A DNA stretch of 64,000 nt from assembly GCA_963782055.1 (NCBI GenBank), contig CAWAIF010000002.1, positions 32,001-96,000 on the forward strand, written 5' to 3'. Within the stretch, counting starts at the first letter, position 1, and each line of letters starts with the position of its first letter. The DNA comes from an uncultured delta proteobacterium (lineage in GTDB: Bacteria > Myxococcota_A > Polyangia > Polyangiales > Polyangiaceae). The translations under genes were made by a program, and so were the position numbers. This document shows positions 30,794-41,289 of the stretch, one piece after another. Below the pieces are notes generated by a model. The model searched no databases and was not told the origin of the DNA. It was given only the letters and a program-made list of their open reading frames with translations.

Positions 30794-31957
30794 ATGCGCC
30801 TTCGACGCTCACACTTCCTCTGCTTCGTCCTCACCCTCGCGCTCGCCACCCCGGCGATGGCCGCGCACAAGAAGACCGTGCGCGCCGAGCTGCCCGCCGC
30901 CGCGCGGGCGAACTGGGACAACGCGAACACCCTCTCCGGCCAGCAGGACTGGCTCCGCGCGCGCGACGAGTTCCTGCGCGCCTACGAGATCTCCAAGAAC
31001 CCGCGTGTCCTGCTCAACGTCGCGGTCTGCGAGAAGAACCTGCACCACTACCACAAGGCCGCCGAGTACCTGCGGCGCGAGCTGGGGGAGGGCGCGGGCA
31101 CCCTGCCGAAGGACGAGGTGGAGGCCGCCAAGGGGGCGCTGAGCGCGCTGGACGCGCTGGTGACGACGCTGGAGATCACCGTGAGCGAGCCCGGCGCGGA
31201 GGTGCGCGTGGACGACGACGTCGTCGGCACCTCACCGCTGGACGGCCCCGTCCCGATCGACACCGGCCCGCACACCGTCAAGATCACCAAGGCGGGCTTC
31301 CTGCCGGCGCGGCGCAAGATCGACGCGGTGAGCAACCGGCCGGAGCACCTCACGGTGAAGCTGGACCCCGCGGTGCGCACCGCCCACGTCACCGTCTCGG
31401 TCACCGGCCCGGCGCACGCCGTGGTGCTGCTGGACGGTCGCGACGTCGGAAACGCCCCCTTCGACGCCGACGTGCAGGAGGGGCCGCACGTCTTCGAGGC
31501 GCGCGCCGACGACTGGGTCACCGGGCGGCGCGAGGTGAAGGTCGTCTACCACACGCCGCTCTCGCTGGAGATCGCCCTCTCGCGGCGCCGTCACGAGGGC
31601 ATCCTCCACGTGACCACCCACCCGGTGGGCGCGCTCATCGAGCTGGACGGCAAGACCGTCGGGGAGTCCACCTGGGAGGGCCCCGTCGCCTCCGACTCCA
31701 GCCACCAGCTCGTCGTGAAGAAGGACGGTTACTACACGCGCATCCTGGAGGTCACCGTCGGCGACGACAAGCGCCGCGACATGCCCGTCTCCCTCGACAC
31801 CGCCAAGACGTGGATCTGGTGGGCGGCGGGCGCCGTGGCGATCGTCGCCGGTGGCATCGTCGCCAGCGCATTCATCTTCGCCGCGCCCGGGCACGACCCC
31901 GTCCCGGGCACACTCGCCGCAGGGCGCGGCTGGGGCCTTACCAACGTTCACTTCTAG
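30794..31957 (+). CDS. Secreted TPR-like + triple PEGA-domain protein
   Basis: Signal peptide; helical AYEISKNPRVLLNVAVC segment; three PEGA-like repeats (GAEVRVDD..G, VLLDGRDVG, GALIELDG); C-terminal hydrophobic segment. Confidence 0.82.
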   Translation: MRLRRSHFLCFVLTLALATPAMAAHKKTVRAELPAAARANWDNANTLSGQQDWLRARDEFLRAYEISKNPRVLLNVAVCEKNLHHYHKAAEYLRRELGEGAGTLPKDEVEAAKGALSALDALVTTLEITVSEPGAEVRVDDDVVGTSPLDGPVPIDTGPHTVKITKAGFLPARRKIDAVSNRPEHLTVKLDPAVRTAHVTVSVTGPAHAVVLLDGRDVGNAPFDADVQEGPHVFEARADDWVTGRREVKVVYHTPLSLEIALSRRRHEGILHVTTHPVGALIELDGKTVGESTWEGPVASDSSHQLVVKKDGYYTRILEVTVGDDKRRDMPVSLDTAKTWIWWAAGAVAIVAGGIVASAFIFAAPGHDPVPGTLAAGRGWGLTNVHF

Positions 31958-31971
31958 GAGACGCGACGACG

Positions 31972-33946
31972 ATGACCCCCTTCACCTTGCGCACGACGGC
32001 CCTCGCCGCGCTGGCGCTCACCGTCGCCGCGGCGGCGTGCACCTCCAGCCCCGCCACGCAGTTCACGGTCGGCGTCGTCTCGCAGATCCGCGTCCCCGAC
32101 GACATCCAGACGGTGCGCATCACCGCCTCCACCGGCGGCACCCGCGGGTTCTGCGCGACCTACCCGGTCGTCGACGGCCGGGCGCGCCTGCCGCAGTCGC
32201 TCGCCCTGGCCCCGGAGTCCACCAGCAGCCCCGACTCGCCCGTCACCGTCACGGTCGTCGGCTTCCGTCGCAGCAAGGACGACCTGACCAACCAGGCGGA
32301 CATCACCGGCGCCGACGACTGCATCATCCCGACGATCTCCACCGCGAACGACCCCAACAAGAACGTGGGCCAGCTCCTGCGCCGCTCCACCCAGCCGTAC
32401 GTGCAGGACAAGAACCTCTACGTGCCGATGCCGCTCCGCTACTCCTGCTACGGCGTCGACTGCCCGGGCGATCAGTCGTGCCGCGGGGGCACGTGCATGC
32501 CCTCGCTCACCGACGTGGCCGCGCTCCCGCCCTACGCCGATGATTCTGATCTTCGGCTCCGGCAACACCTGCTTCGACGAGAACGCCTGCCTCGGCGACG
32601 CCGTGGGCCCGACGGTCGTCGACGCGCAGAACTGCGTCTACGAGGTCCCCGACGGCGCGAGCCTCGGGACCGCCGGCATGAACGTCCGCGTCATCTACGA
32701 GGGCTACCGCGCCGAGGTGCTGGACGAGGACCACGACGAGGGCTTCTTCCTGCCCGACCCGCAGGGTCACCCCAACCGCTTCCAGCTCGCCGACGGCCTG
32801 TGCCACGGCGACGCGCAGGGCCACGCCCCGCGGGTGCTCAGCGTGGCCGCGAGCCGCACCTGCGCGTCGAAGAACGTCTACCAGCCGCTCTGCGCGCACG
32901 ACCAGAACACCGTCGCGCTGCGCCCGGCCCGCGCCGCGCTCTACCTGCTCGTCGACCGCGGCGCCACGATGGCCTCGTATCTCGGTCCGCAGCAGTCGGG
33001 GCAGGCCAAGCTGGTGCAGCTCCTGGACGTCGCCCTCGCGGATCCCGTCTTCGCGGCGACCGTCGCCGGCTTCCGCTTCCTGCCCTCCGGCACCACCCTG
33101 GGCGACTCCTGCAGCGCCGGGGGATACGCGACGCCGCTCACCGTTCCCGGCGTTCCGGCGAGCAAGCAGCTCGGCGCCTACGCCGAGCTCGGCGTGCTGA
33201 AAAACCCCCTCGTCGCCCTCTTCGACACCACCGCCACGCTCCCACCCGGCGCGCCCCTCGCCCTGGATGCCGCGCTCGACCCGGCGGGCGTCTTCGCGGC
33301 CCAGTTCCCGACGATGATCGATGGGTCGAGCGTCAGCTACGAGAAGCGCGTCGTGGTCGTCGCCACGAACCGATCGCTCACCGACCCGGGCATCGAGTGT
33401 GGCTCGGGCAACGCCGCGCTCGCGGTGAAGAACGCGGCGGCGACGACCGAGACCTTCGTCCTGTCCCTCGAGGACCCGAGCGAGGCCTCGCCGCTCGCGC
33501 GGCAGGCGGCGGCGGATCAGTTCGCCCAGGACGCGGCGCTCCCCTCCGACCACATGATCCACGCGGAGGACCCGCAGACCTCCGACCAGAACGTGCTGCA
33601 GGGCGTCGGCACGATCATCGCCGACCTCGCCTCGTGCGCGTACGAGAAGCCGGGCAACCTCTCCGACCCTTCCAAGGCGTCGATGACCCTTCACGTGCCG
33701 CCCGTTCCGGTGCCCGGCGGCGTCCCGGTGTCGGTCCCGATCCCCATGGACGCGACGTGCGGCCTCGCCAACAACTCCGCCGACGGCTGGAACGTGGTCG
33801 GCGGCGTCGTGCGGGTCTGCGGCGGGTCGTGCCAGACCATCCGCCAGGCGATCCAGGCGAACGGCGGCGTCACGGTGAGCCGCTTCGGTGGCGGCGAGGA
33901 CGCGATGGCGGGTCAGGTGCTGGTGGACATGACCATCGCCCCCTGA
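31972..33946 (+). CDS. Cys-rich lipoprotein with degenerate VWA-like domain; +1 frameshift at ~32544
   Basis: Lipobox AAAC; removing one T in GATTC (32542-32546) joins the frames (PYADDLIFG); VWA-like YLLVDRGATM, VVVVATN, TFVLSL. Confidence 0.7.
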
Positions 33947-33969
33947 CGCACGGTGGCTCCGCCTGCTCC

Positions 33970-35013
33970 TCAGGGGCCGAACTGGGCGCCGACCATCGGG
34001 CCGACGAAGAACTGCGTGCCGCTCGTCAGCGCGTAGTCCGGCGTCCGGATGGGAACGCCCGGGTTCTGCGCGTTGTAGAGGTACCGCGCGGGGTCCGACG
34101 GCGTCACGATGGCGGTGCCGGCGTTCTCCAGCCACACCACCAGACCTGCGACCAGGGCGAAGGTCCGACCCATACGCAGGTGCAGGTCGGCCTCCAGCGA
34201 GAGCGCCGGCGAGAGGTAGGTGAGCGGGTCGGGCGTGAAGTAGTCGACCAGGTTCTGCCCGTCGGTGGACGTCGCCAGCCGGTCCATCGCCACCACCCGG
34301 TACGCGAACCCCAGGCCCACGGCGAAGCTCGCCCGCAGCCGCTCGCCGTGCGTGGTGACCCGCGCGCGGATGGCGCCGAAGCCGCCGCCGCGCAGGATGC
34401 GGAAGTCCTCCACCCGCGCGACGCCGGTGAGGAGGGCGTTGCTCCCCGGCTTCACCTGGCCGTCGAAGGTGGCGTTGGGGTTCTGGTAGTCCAGGCTCCC
34501 ACCGAAGTAGAGCTCCAGCGCCACGGGGTCCCAGGAGTAGCCCACGTAGCCGGCCAGCCCGCCGCCGTACGGCGCCGCGGTGTCGCACGCGGAGGCTCCG
34601 AGGAGCGCGCACGAGGTGTCCAGCGTGCCGCCCGCCCCCGCCGGGAGGAACTGAGCGAAGAGCTGCACGCCGCCGTAGAACCCGGCGAGCGATCGCTCCT
34701 CCACCACCACCGGCGCCGCGCTCACCCGATGGAGCGTCACCGTCTCCACCAGCGTCTTGCCGGCCTGCACGCTCACCTTCTTCTCGAAGCGAACGAACCC
34801 CTCGCGCGCCACCGCGACGAGGTGATCGCCGGCGGCGACGTCGCCCTGGAAGGAGCCCTCACCGACGGACTGGCCGTCGAGGAAGATGCTCCCCTGGCCG
34901 TCGCTGGTGGTGATCTCCACCGTCCCCTTCGGCGCGACCGCGCCGTCGTCCGCCAGCGCCGCGTGCGCCGGGACGGCGAGCGCGAGCCCCAGCACTGCCG
35001 CCCACGCCTTCAC
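33970..35013 (-). CDS. PEGA-domain protein with C-terminal beta-barrel-like region
   Basis: Signal peptide AHA; SIFLDGQSVG..GDHLVAVAREGF; C-terminal VGAQFGP. Confidence 0.78.
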   Translation of the reverse strand: MKAWAAVLGLALAVPAHAALADDGAVAPKGTVEITTSDGQGSIFLDGQSVGEGSFQGDVAAGDHLVAVAREGFVRFEKKVSVQAGKTLVETVTLHRVSAAPVVVEERSLAGFYGGVQLFAQFLPAGAGGTLDTSCALLGASACDTAAPYGGGLAGYVGYSWDPVALELYFGGSLDYQNPNATFDGQVKPGSNALLTGVARVEDFRILRGGGFGAIRARVTTHGERLRASFAVGLGFAYRVVAMDRLATSTDGQNLVDYFTPDPLTYLSPALSLEADLHLRMGRTFALVAGLVVWLENAGTAIVTPSDPARYLYNAQNPGVPIRTPDYALTSGTQFFVGPMVGAQFGP

Positions 35014-36164
35014 GAGCCCTCGTCCGGCGGATCGACGTAGTCCACCAGCTCCCCGCGGAAGGTGCGCAGCGTCGTCCGCCCCGGCGCGCGACGCGCGACG
35101 TAGTCCGGCGCGAGCGGCACCTTACCCTTGCCGCCCGGCGTGTCGCACACCAGCCGCGGCAGCGCGATACCGGTGAGGCGGCCCTGCAGCCGCTCCATCA
35201 GCGCCACGCCGCGCGCGAGGGGTGTCCGGAGGTGCGAGGTGCCGCGCACGGGGTCCATCTGGAGCAGATAGTACGGGCGGACGCGCGCCCGCACGAGCCC
35301 CCGGAAGAGCGCCTCCAGCGTCGGGGCTTCGTCGTTCACCCCGCGCAGCAGCACGGTCTGGTTCATCACCGGGAAGCCGGCGTCGGCGAGGCGCGCGCAG
35401 GCTCGCACCGCCTGCGGCGTGAGCTCCTTCGGGTGATTGAAGTGCGTCATCACCCAGAGCGGGTGCAGCGGCCGCAGCGCGCGCACCAGCTCCGCCGTCA
35501 CGCGCATGGGCAGCGTCACGGGCACCCGCGTCGCCAGCCGGATGGTCTCCACGCTGGACACCGCGCGGACCGCCGCGACGACACGCACCAGTCGCTCCGT
35601 CGCCATCGCCAGGGGGTCGCCGCCGCTGACGATCACGTCGCGCACCTCCGGGTGCGCGCGCAGGTAGGCGAGCGCGGGCGCCAGCGCCTCCAGCGACGCC
35701 GCCCCGCCGCCGTGGCCGACGATGCGCGAGCGCGTGCAGAAGCGGCAGTAGACCGCGCAGCGATCGGTCGCGAGCAGGAGCGCGCGGTCCGGGTAACGCT
35801 GCACCAGGTGCGGCGCCACCTCGTGCGCCACCTCGCCGAGAGGGTCGAGCAGGTCCCCCGGCGCCTCCAGCGCCTCCCGGCCATCCGGCACGCACTGCAG
35901 GCGCACCGGGCATCGCGGGTCGTCGCGATCGGCGAGCGAGAGGTAGTACGGCGTGACCGAGATGGGCAGCCCCTGCCGCTCCGCCCGCCGCGCCCCGGCG
36001 AGCTCGCGCGGCGTCAGGCGCAGCGCGCGGTCCAGCGCGTCCACCGAGGTCAGCGCGTTGCGCACCTGCCAGCGCCAGTCTCGACGCCCGGGCCGCGCGC
36101 GCGCCGCCGGCGCCAGCGGCAAGGACCGCCCCGGCGTGGCCCCGACGTGCTGCCGCATCGCCAC
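35010..36164 (-). CDS. KamA family radical SAM protein (lysine 2,3-aminomutase-like)
   Basis: DWRWQ, TPYYLSL, DPLGE, RYPDR, CAVYCRFCTR, SGGDPL, HFNHPKE, NQTVLLRGVND, PGGKGKVP. Confidence 0.92.
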   Translation of the reverse strand: MAMRQHVGATPGRSLPLAPAARARPGRRDWRWQVRNALTSVDALDRALRLTPRELAGARRAERQGLPISVTPYYLSLADRDDPRCPVRLQCVPDGREALEAPGDLLDPLGEVAHEVAPHLVQRYPDRALLLATDRCAVYCRFCTRSRIVGHGGGAASLEALAPALAYLRAHPEVRDVIVSGGDPLAMATERLVRVVAAVRAVSSVETIRLATRVPVTLPMRVTAELVRALRPLHPLWVMTHFNHPKELTPQAVRACARLADAGFPVMNQTVLLRGVNDEAPTLEALFRGLVRARVRPYYLLQMDPVRGTSHLRTPLARGVALMERLQGRLTGIALPRLVCDTPGGKGKVPLAPDYVARRAPGRTTLRTFRGELVDYVDPPDEGS

Positions 36165-36168
36165 GGCG

Positions 36169-37170
36169 CTACTCCGCGCCGGCGTCGGAGGCCAGGTCCA
36201 CCTTGACCGTCGCCAGCGCGGCCTCGTCCACCTTCACCGGGTACTGCGTGCGCAGCCGCGCCAGCGCCTCGTCTTCCTTGGCGCGCGCCTTGTCCTGCGC
36301 CAGCTTCACCCGGATGCTCCGCTCCGCCTCGGCGAAGGAGCGATCGTGCGCGTCCACCTTCTGCGTGAGGCGCACCAGGTAGAACTTGCCGCCCGCGGCG
36401 ACGGGGTGGTCGAGCACGTCACCCACCTTGGCGATCTGGAAGGCCGCCGCGCGCACCTCGGAGGGGATGCGCGGGTTGTCTCCGCGCGTGTCCCCCGGGG
36501 GCGCGACCATGCCGAAGTCCCCCGCCAGGTCGACCGGCACGTTGGCGCGCGCCTGCAGGTCGAGGGAGTGCGCCCGCACGAGCTGGCCCCACTCCGCGGC
36601 GTTGGCCTTCATTGCTTGACCCATCAACGATTTGGCCGACGCCTCGTCGTGCAGGACGATGAGCGACAGCCGGCGGCGCTCCGGGTCGTGGTAGTCCGCC
36701 TTGTGCGCGTCGTAGTAGGCGTGCACCTCGGCCTCGGGGATGGCGTTCGGCTGCGGGACGCCCTGCTTCGCGTCCTTCAGGAAGGCGTCGCGCAGGGTCG
36801 CGCGCAGGGTCTGCTGCGCCACCGGGTCCTTGTCGTAGCCCTTGGCCGTCGCGTCCTGGGCGAGCAGCTCCACCTGCACCAGGTCCTCCAGCAGCTCCTT
36901 GCGGCGCTCCGGCGACTGGTAGCGCAGGCGATCGAACTGATCCATGTGCTCCAGCGCGGCCACGTAGTCGCCCAGGGTGATGGTGGCGTCACCCACGTGG
37001 GCCAGGACCTTGGCCGACTGCTCAGGCGTGAGCTGGGACGTCGCGGCGCCGTCCCCGGGGCCGGCGTCCGCGGAGAGGGCCTCCTCGTTGCAGCCGTTGC
37101 ACCCGGCGGAGGAGGCGGCGAGCGCCAGCCCGAGCGCCAGAGCTGCCCCGACTCGCGACCGCCACCTCAT
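36169..37170 (-). CDS. Parvulin/PpiC-type peptidyl-prolyl isomerase lipoprotein
   Basis: Lipobox SAGC; SurA-like N-domain; RRRLSLIV, HSLD, GDFG, AAFQI. Confidence 0.8.
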   Translation of the reverse strand: MRWRSRVGAALALGLALAASSAGCNGCNEEALSADAGPGDGAATSQLTPEQSAKVLAHVGDATITLGDYVAALEHMDQFDRLRYQSPERRKELLEDLVQVELLAQDATAKGYDKDPVAQQTLRATLRDAFLKDAKQGVPQPNAIPEAEVHAYYDAHKADYHDPERRRLSLIVLHDEASAKSLMGQAMKANAAEWGQLVRAHSLDLQARANVPVDLAGDFGMVAPPGDTRGDNPRIPSEVRAAAFQIAKVGDVLDHPVAAGGKFYLVRLTQKVDAHDRSFAEAERSIRVKLAQDKARAKEDEALARLRTQYPVKVDEAALATVKVDLASDAGAE

Positions 37171-37231
37171 GGGGCGACTATGTAGCACGGAGCGTTGCGG
37201 CCGGCGCTCCTAACAGGTAACACCAGGGCGC

Positions 37232-38002
37232 ATGCGCCCCGACCCCGAACGTGACGAGCGGAGCATCGTTCCCCCTCCGCCGCACCCCGGACTCCGCTAC
37301 CGGCGCATCGTCCTCAAGCTGAGCGGCGAGGCGCTCTGCGGCACCGAGGGCGGCTTCGGCATCAACCCCGACTTCCTCCGCGAGACCGCGAGGGAGCTCG
37401 GCGAGGTGCACGCCATGGGCGTGCAGATCGGCATCGTCGTCGGCGGCGGCAACATCTTCCGCGGGCTGAAGGGCGCGAGCGCCGGGATGGACCGCGCGCA
37501 GAGCGACTACATGGGCATGCTGGCCACGGTCATCAACTCCCTCGCCCTGCAGGACGCCCTGGAGAAGCAGAGCGTGCCCACGCGCGTGCAGACGGCCATC
37601 GAGATCCGGCAGGTCGCCGAGCCGTACATCCGCCGTCGCGCCATCCGCCACCTGGAGCACGGGCACGTCGTCATCTTCGCGGCCGGCACCGGCAACCCCT
37701 ACTTCTCCACCGACACCGCCGCGGCCCTGCGCGCGATGGAGATCCACGCCGACGCCCTCTTCAAGGCCACCAAGGTCGAGGGCGTCTACGACCGCGACCC
37801 GGCCCGCTTCCCCGACGCGTCCATGTTCACGCGCATGACCTTCGATCGCTTCCTGGCCGATCGAATCGGCGTCATGGACCAGACGGCGGTGACGCTCTGC
37901 CGCGACAACGGCATGGCCATCCGTGTCTTCAAGCTCTCGCAGCGCGGCAACATCAAGCGCGTCGTCTTCGGCGAGCCCGTCGGCACCATCGTCGAGGCCT
38001 GA
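37232..38002 (+). CDS. pyrH: UMP kinase
   Basis: [52 protein letters not shown]. Confidence 0.96.
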   Translation: MRPDPERDERSIVPPPPHPGLRYRRIVLKLSGEALCGTEGGFGINPDFLRETARELGEVHAMGVQIGIVVGGGNIFRGLKGASAGMDRAQSDYMGMLATVINSLALQDALEKQSVPTRVQTAIEIRQVAEPYIRRRAIRHLEHGHVVIFAAGTGNPYFSTDTAAALRAMEIHADALFKATKVEGVYDRDPARFPDASMFTRMTFDRFLADRIGVMDQTAVTLCRDNGMAIRVFKLSQRGNIKRVVFGEPVGTIVEA

Positions 38003-38011
38003 GCGGCCGCT

Positions 38012-38479
38012 TCAGGCGTACTCGGCGCGCTCGGCGGCGTGGCGCAGGAGCGAGGCGACGTGCTCCTCGTCCTCCTCCGAGAAGCCGGCGACCAGGCCGT
38101 CCACTTCGAAGGCCGTGCGGCCCACCACCGCGCAGGCCTCGTCCAGGAGCCTCTCGCAGGCGGGGTCCAGGCGCACGATGGCGTTGGCATCGGCGAGCGC
38201 CAGCGGCCAGAGCGGCGCGTAGGCGGGCACCAGCGGCAGCCCGATCAGCACCATGTCCAGGTCGTCGCCGAGCGGCATGAGCGCCACGGCGTAAGGCACC
38301 GGCGCCAGCGGCGCGGCGACCGGCGGCGGGCGGAACGCGGCGATGCGCAGCGACGCCCTCGCCAGGGTGGAGATGCGCGCGGGCGCGCCGCACACCACGA
38401 TCTGGATGCGCGACACGTCGGGGTGCGCCGACCGGACCACGTCCCGGAAGCTGCGGATGCGCTCGGACGGGGACGTCAT
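38012..38479 (-). CDS. Hypothetical protein, possibly a degenerate small-GTPase-like fold
   Basis: ATGA-coupled to the upstream gene; RIQIVVCG and LIGLP...YAPLW...ANAIV pattern, no GKT/S. Confidence 0.55.
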   Translation of the reverse strand: MTSPSERIRSFRDVVRSAHPDVSRIQIVVCGAPARISTLARASLRIAAFRPPPVAAPLAPVPYAVALMPLGDDLDMVLIGLPLVPAYAPLWPLALADANAIVRLDPACERLLDEACAVVGRTAFEVDGLVAGFSEEDEEHVASLLRHAAERAEYA

Positions 38480-40107
38480 GACGCCTTCCCCTCCCTGATC
38501 GCCGCGCGCTCCAGCTCCCGCATCAGCAGCGCGGCGAAGGTCGGGTCGCACGAGTGCACCACCCGCAGGCGCTCCGGCCCGGCGCGGCCGATCATCGACC
38601 ACGAGGCCCGGGCGCCGTGCACCACCAGCACCTCGATCCCCTCGCAGCCGGGCGCGCCCTTCACGTCCAGGGTGCGAAGCTCGGCCTTCGTCGCGGCGCA
38701 CCCGTCGGCCGCCGCGCCGGCGAGCCGCGCGGTGTCGCTGGCGGCGACGTGAGCCGACACCGCGCCCGCGCGCAGCGCGTGGCGGAAGGCGTGAAGGACG
38801 ACGGACCGCGCGGCGTCGAGGGCCAGGTCGAGCGGGAAGGCGGACGACAGGTACTGCTCCACCAGCGGCTTCTGCAGCACGCGGTCGGCGATCTCGGCGA
38901 GCGAGGCGCCGGAGAGGTCGTGCGCACGCACCGGAGAGTGCCGGGACTCCAGCGCGCGCGCCCGCGCGAGGCGGATGAGCGCCATCGCCCGCACGCCGTC
39001 GGCGGGGACGTCCGCCAGCCCCACGCACGCCGCGAGGTCGAGCAGCATCGCCCGCGCCTGCTCGGCGGACACCTTGGGCATCAGCACGTAGGCCTCGCCG
39101 GCGGCCGTCGTGCCGAGCGCGCTACCCGCCACCGAGAGGGCGGGCGAGAGGGCGCCCGTGTCGACGCCCGCGCCGCCGGCCGGGGAGACCGCCGCCAGGA
39201 TGGCGAGGGGCGCGCCCCCGGTGCGAGCGAGGTCCACCTCGCGCTGCACCAGACGTTCGAACACCTCGATCGGCAGCGCGCGGCTGCGCGGCACCGTCGC
39301 CTCCTCCCCCACGGCGGCACGCGCCATCGCGGCGAGCGGGAGCAGCGTGCTCGCGAACTCGATGCACCGGTGCACCCGGGCGGTGCGCGCCGGGTCCGCC
39401 TGCTCCAGCAGCACGCACCCGAGCGAACGAGACTCGCTGGACAGAGAGAGGATCTCCCCCTGCCGGTTGGCGGCGAGCTGCGAGAGCTCCAGGTCGTTGT
39501 AGCTGTCGCGCAGCTCGAGGGCCGTGCCGAACACCGCCAGACGCGGGCGCGACCCGTCGGCCGCGCTCTCCGTCCCGAACACCGCCACGCCGCGCGCCCC
39601 GCTGGCGATCTGGAAGAGCGCCACCGTCGCCTCGGAGAGGGCCTGCGCGTCCACCGTGCGCGCGGCGGACACCGCCTGCGTCATCGCGTCGATGAGCTCG
39701 CTCTGATCGCGGGCGTCCGCGGCGAGCCGCGCGATGCGCTCCTCCACCGCCGTCCGTGCGCGCACATCGGCCACCGCGCGCAGCACCGCGTCGCCGGTGG
39801 GCGGCGCCACCAGCATCCCCGCGGCGCCGAGCGACATCGCCTCCGCCGCGAGCCCGAAGGTGGGCGGCGCGGCCAGCGCGTAGACCGCGATCTGCGCCGA
39901 GCTGGCGACCAGGTGATGCACCAGCGCGAGCCCCGCGGCGCCGGAGAGCGCCAGGTCCACCACCGCCACGCGCGGCAGCTCGTCGACCGCGGTCGTCAGC
40001 GCGGCCGCCATGTCGGTCGCGAGCAGGAAGGTCTCGCCGCCCTCCATGAGCGACGCCTCCATGGTGGCGCGCGTCGCCTCGTCCTGCGTGACGACCAGGA
40101 CCTTCAC
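38476..40107 (-). CDS. Atypical response regulator: receiver + GAF-like + degenerate GGDEF-like + C-terminal sensory-like domain
   Basis: MKVLVV...VAVVDLAL..AGL, AMSLGA; coiled coil; FERLVQREV..AR..PLAIL, VGLA.VP.DG. Confidence 0.65.
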   Translation of the reverse strand: MKVLVVTQDEATRATMEASLMEGGETFLLATDMAAALTTAVDELPRVAVVDLALSGAAGLALVHHLVASSAQIAVYALAAPPTFGLAAEAMSLGAAGMLVAPPTGDAVLRAVADVRARTAVEERIARLAADARDQSELIDAMTQAVSAARTVDAQALSEATVALFQIASGARGVAVFGTESAADGSRPRLAVFGTALELRDSYNDLELSQLAANRQGEILSLSSESRSLGCVLLEQADPARTARVHRCIEFASTLLPLAAMARAAVGEEATVPRSRALPIEVFERLVQREVDLARTGGAPLAILAAVSPAGGAGVDTGALSPALSVAGSALGTTAAGEAYVLMPKVSAEQARAMLLDLAACVGLADVPADGVRAMALIRLARARALESRHSPVRAHDLSGASLAEIADRVLQKPLVEQYLSSAFPLDLALDAARSVVLHAFRHALRAGAVSAHVAASDTARLAGAAADGCAATKAELRTLDVKGAPGCEGIEVLVVHGARASWSMIGRAGPERLRVVHSCDPTFAALLMRELERAAIREGKAS

Positions 40108-40123
40108 CTTTCCCCCCGGGAGG

Positions 40124-40927
40124 TCATCCGCCGACCCCGGGCGCGAGCTCGCCGGTGAAGACGCGGCGCGCCGGCCCCGTCATGAACGTCCGGTCTCCCT
40201 CCTGCTCCACCTCGAGCGCGCCGCCCGGGAGGCGCACGCGGACGGCGCCGTCCGGGACCAGTCCTCTCGCCCGCGCCACCGCCACGGTCGCGCACGCGCC
40301 GGTGCCGCACGCGAGCGTGAGGCCGACGCCGCGCTCCCACACCACCAGATCGATGCCCTCCGGCCGCACGCGCGCCAGCTCCACGTTGATCCCCGCCGGG
40401 AAGGCGGGGTGCGTGGCGATCGCCGGCCCGAGCCGCAGCACGTCGGCGCGCGCGTAATCGCCGAAGAGCACCGCGTGCGGGTTGCCCGCGTCGGCGAGCG
40501 CCACGGTCACGCCGAGGTCCGCGAGGGCCCGCTCGGCCGTGAAGCGCACCCGTCCCATGTCGACACGGACCGTCGCCTCGTCCTCCCCGCGATGCAGCAC
40601 GCGGCACGCGCGCGGCCCGGCGTCCGTCTCCACCACCAGCTCGCGCTCCGGCAGCTCGCGCCCGATCGCCAGGTGCAGCGCGAGACAGCGCAGTCCGTTG
40701 CCGCACATCTCCGGGACGGAGCCGTCGGCGTTGACGACGCGCATGCGCCCGGCGTGCGCCGGATCGCGCGGCGGCAGGGAGAGGATGACGCCGTCCGCCC
40801 CCACACCGAAGTGCCGGTCGCAGATCCGCGCGGAGGCCTCCTGCCCCACCTCGCGCTCGTCGGCCGCGTCGAAGACGACGAAGTCGTTGCCGAGCCCCTC
40901 GTACTTGACGAAGCCGCGCCGCGCCAT
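40124..40927 (-). CDS. dapF: Diaminopimelate epimerase
   Basis: [49 protein letters not shown]. Confidence 0.95.
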   Translation of the reverse strand: MARRGFVKYEGLGNDFVVFDAADEREVGQEASARICDRHFGVGADGVILSLPPRDPAHAGRMRVVNADGSVPEMCGNGLRCLALHLAIGRELPERELVVETDAGPRACRVLHRGEDEATVRVDMGRVRFTAERALADLGVTVALADAGNPHAVLFGDYARADVLRLGPAIATHPAFPAGINVELARVRPEGIDLVVWERGVGLTLACGTGACATVAVARARGLVPDGAVRVRLPGGALEVEQEGDRTFMTGPARRVFTGELAPGVGG

Positions 40928-40971
40928 GGGGCGTCGAGCCTACCCAACCGCCGTGCCGGCGTCACGCGCGC

Positions 40972-41274
40972 TCACCCTCGCGCCAGACGGCGGAGCAGCT
41001 CCGCCTCGTCCAGGTCGGAGAGCGCCACCACCTTCCGGCGCGATCCCTCCCCGCGCACCAGTCGGACGGCCGACCGCGGGAGGTCCAGCCGCCGGGCCAG
41101 CACCCTCACGAGCTCCTGGTTGGCCGCGCCGTCCACCGGCGGCGCCGCCACGGCCACCTCCAGTGCGCCCTCGCGCACGCCCCGCACCTCGCTCCGTCCG
41201 GCGCGAGGCTTGACGTGCACGTCCACCCAGAGCTCCCCCTCCCTGCTCGAGACCTTCAGAGAAGTCGCGTCCAC
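40972..41274 (-). CDS. DUF167/YggU family protein
   Basis: [27 protein letters not shown]. Confidence 0.88.
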   Translation of the reverse strand: MDATSLKVSSREGELWVDVHVKPRAGRSEVRGVREGALEVAVAAPPVDGAANQELVRVLARRLDLPRSAVRLVRGEGSRRKVVALSDLDEAELLRRLARG

Positions 41275-41289
41275 TGGTACGTTCCGAGG

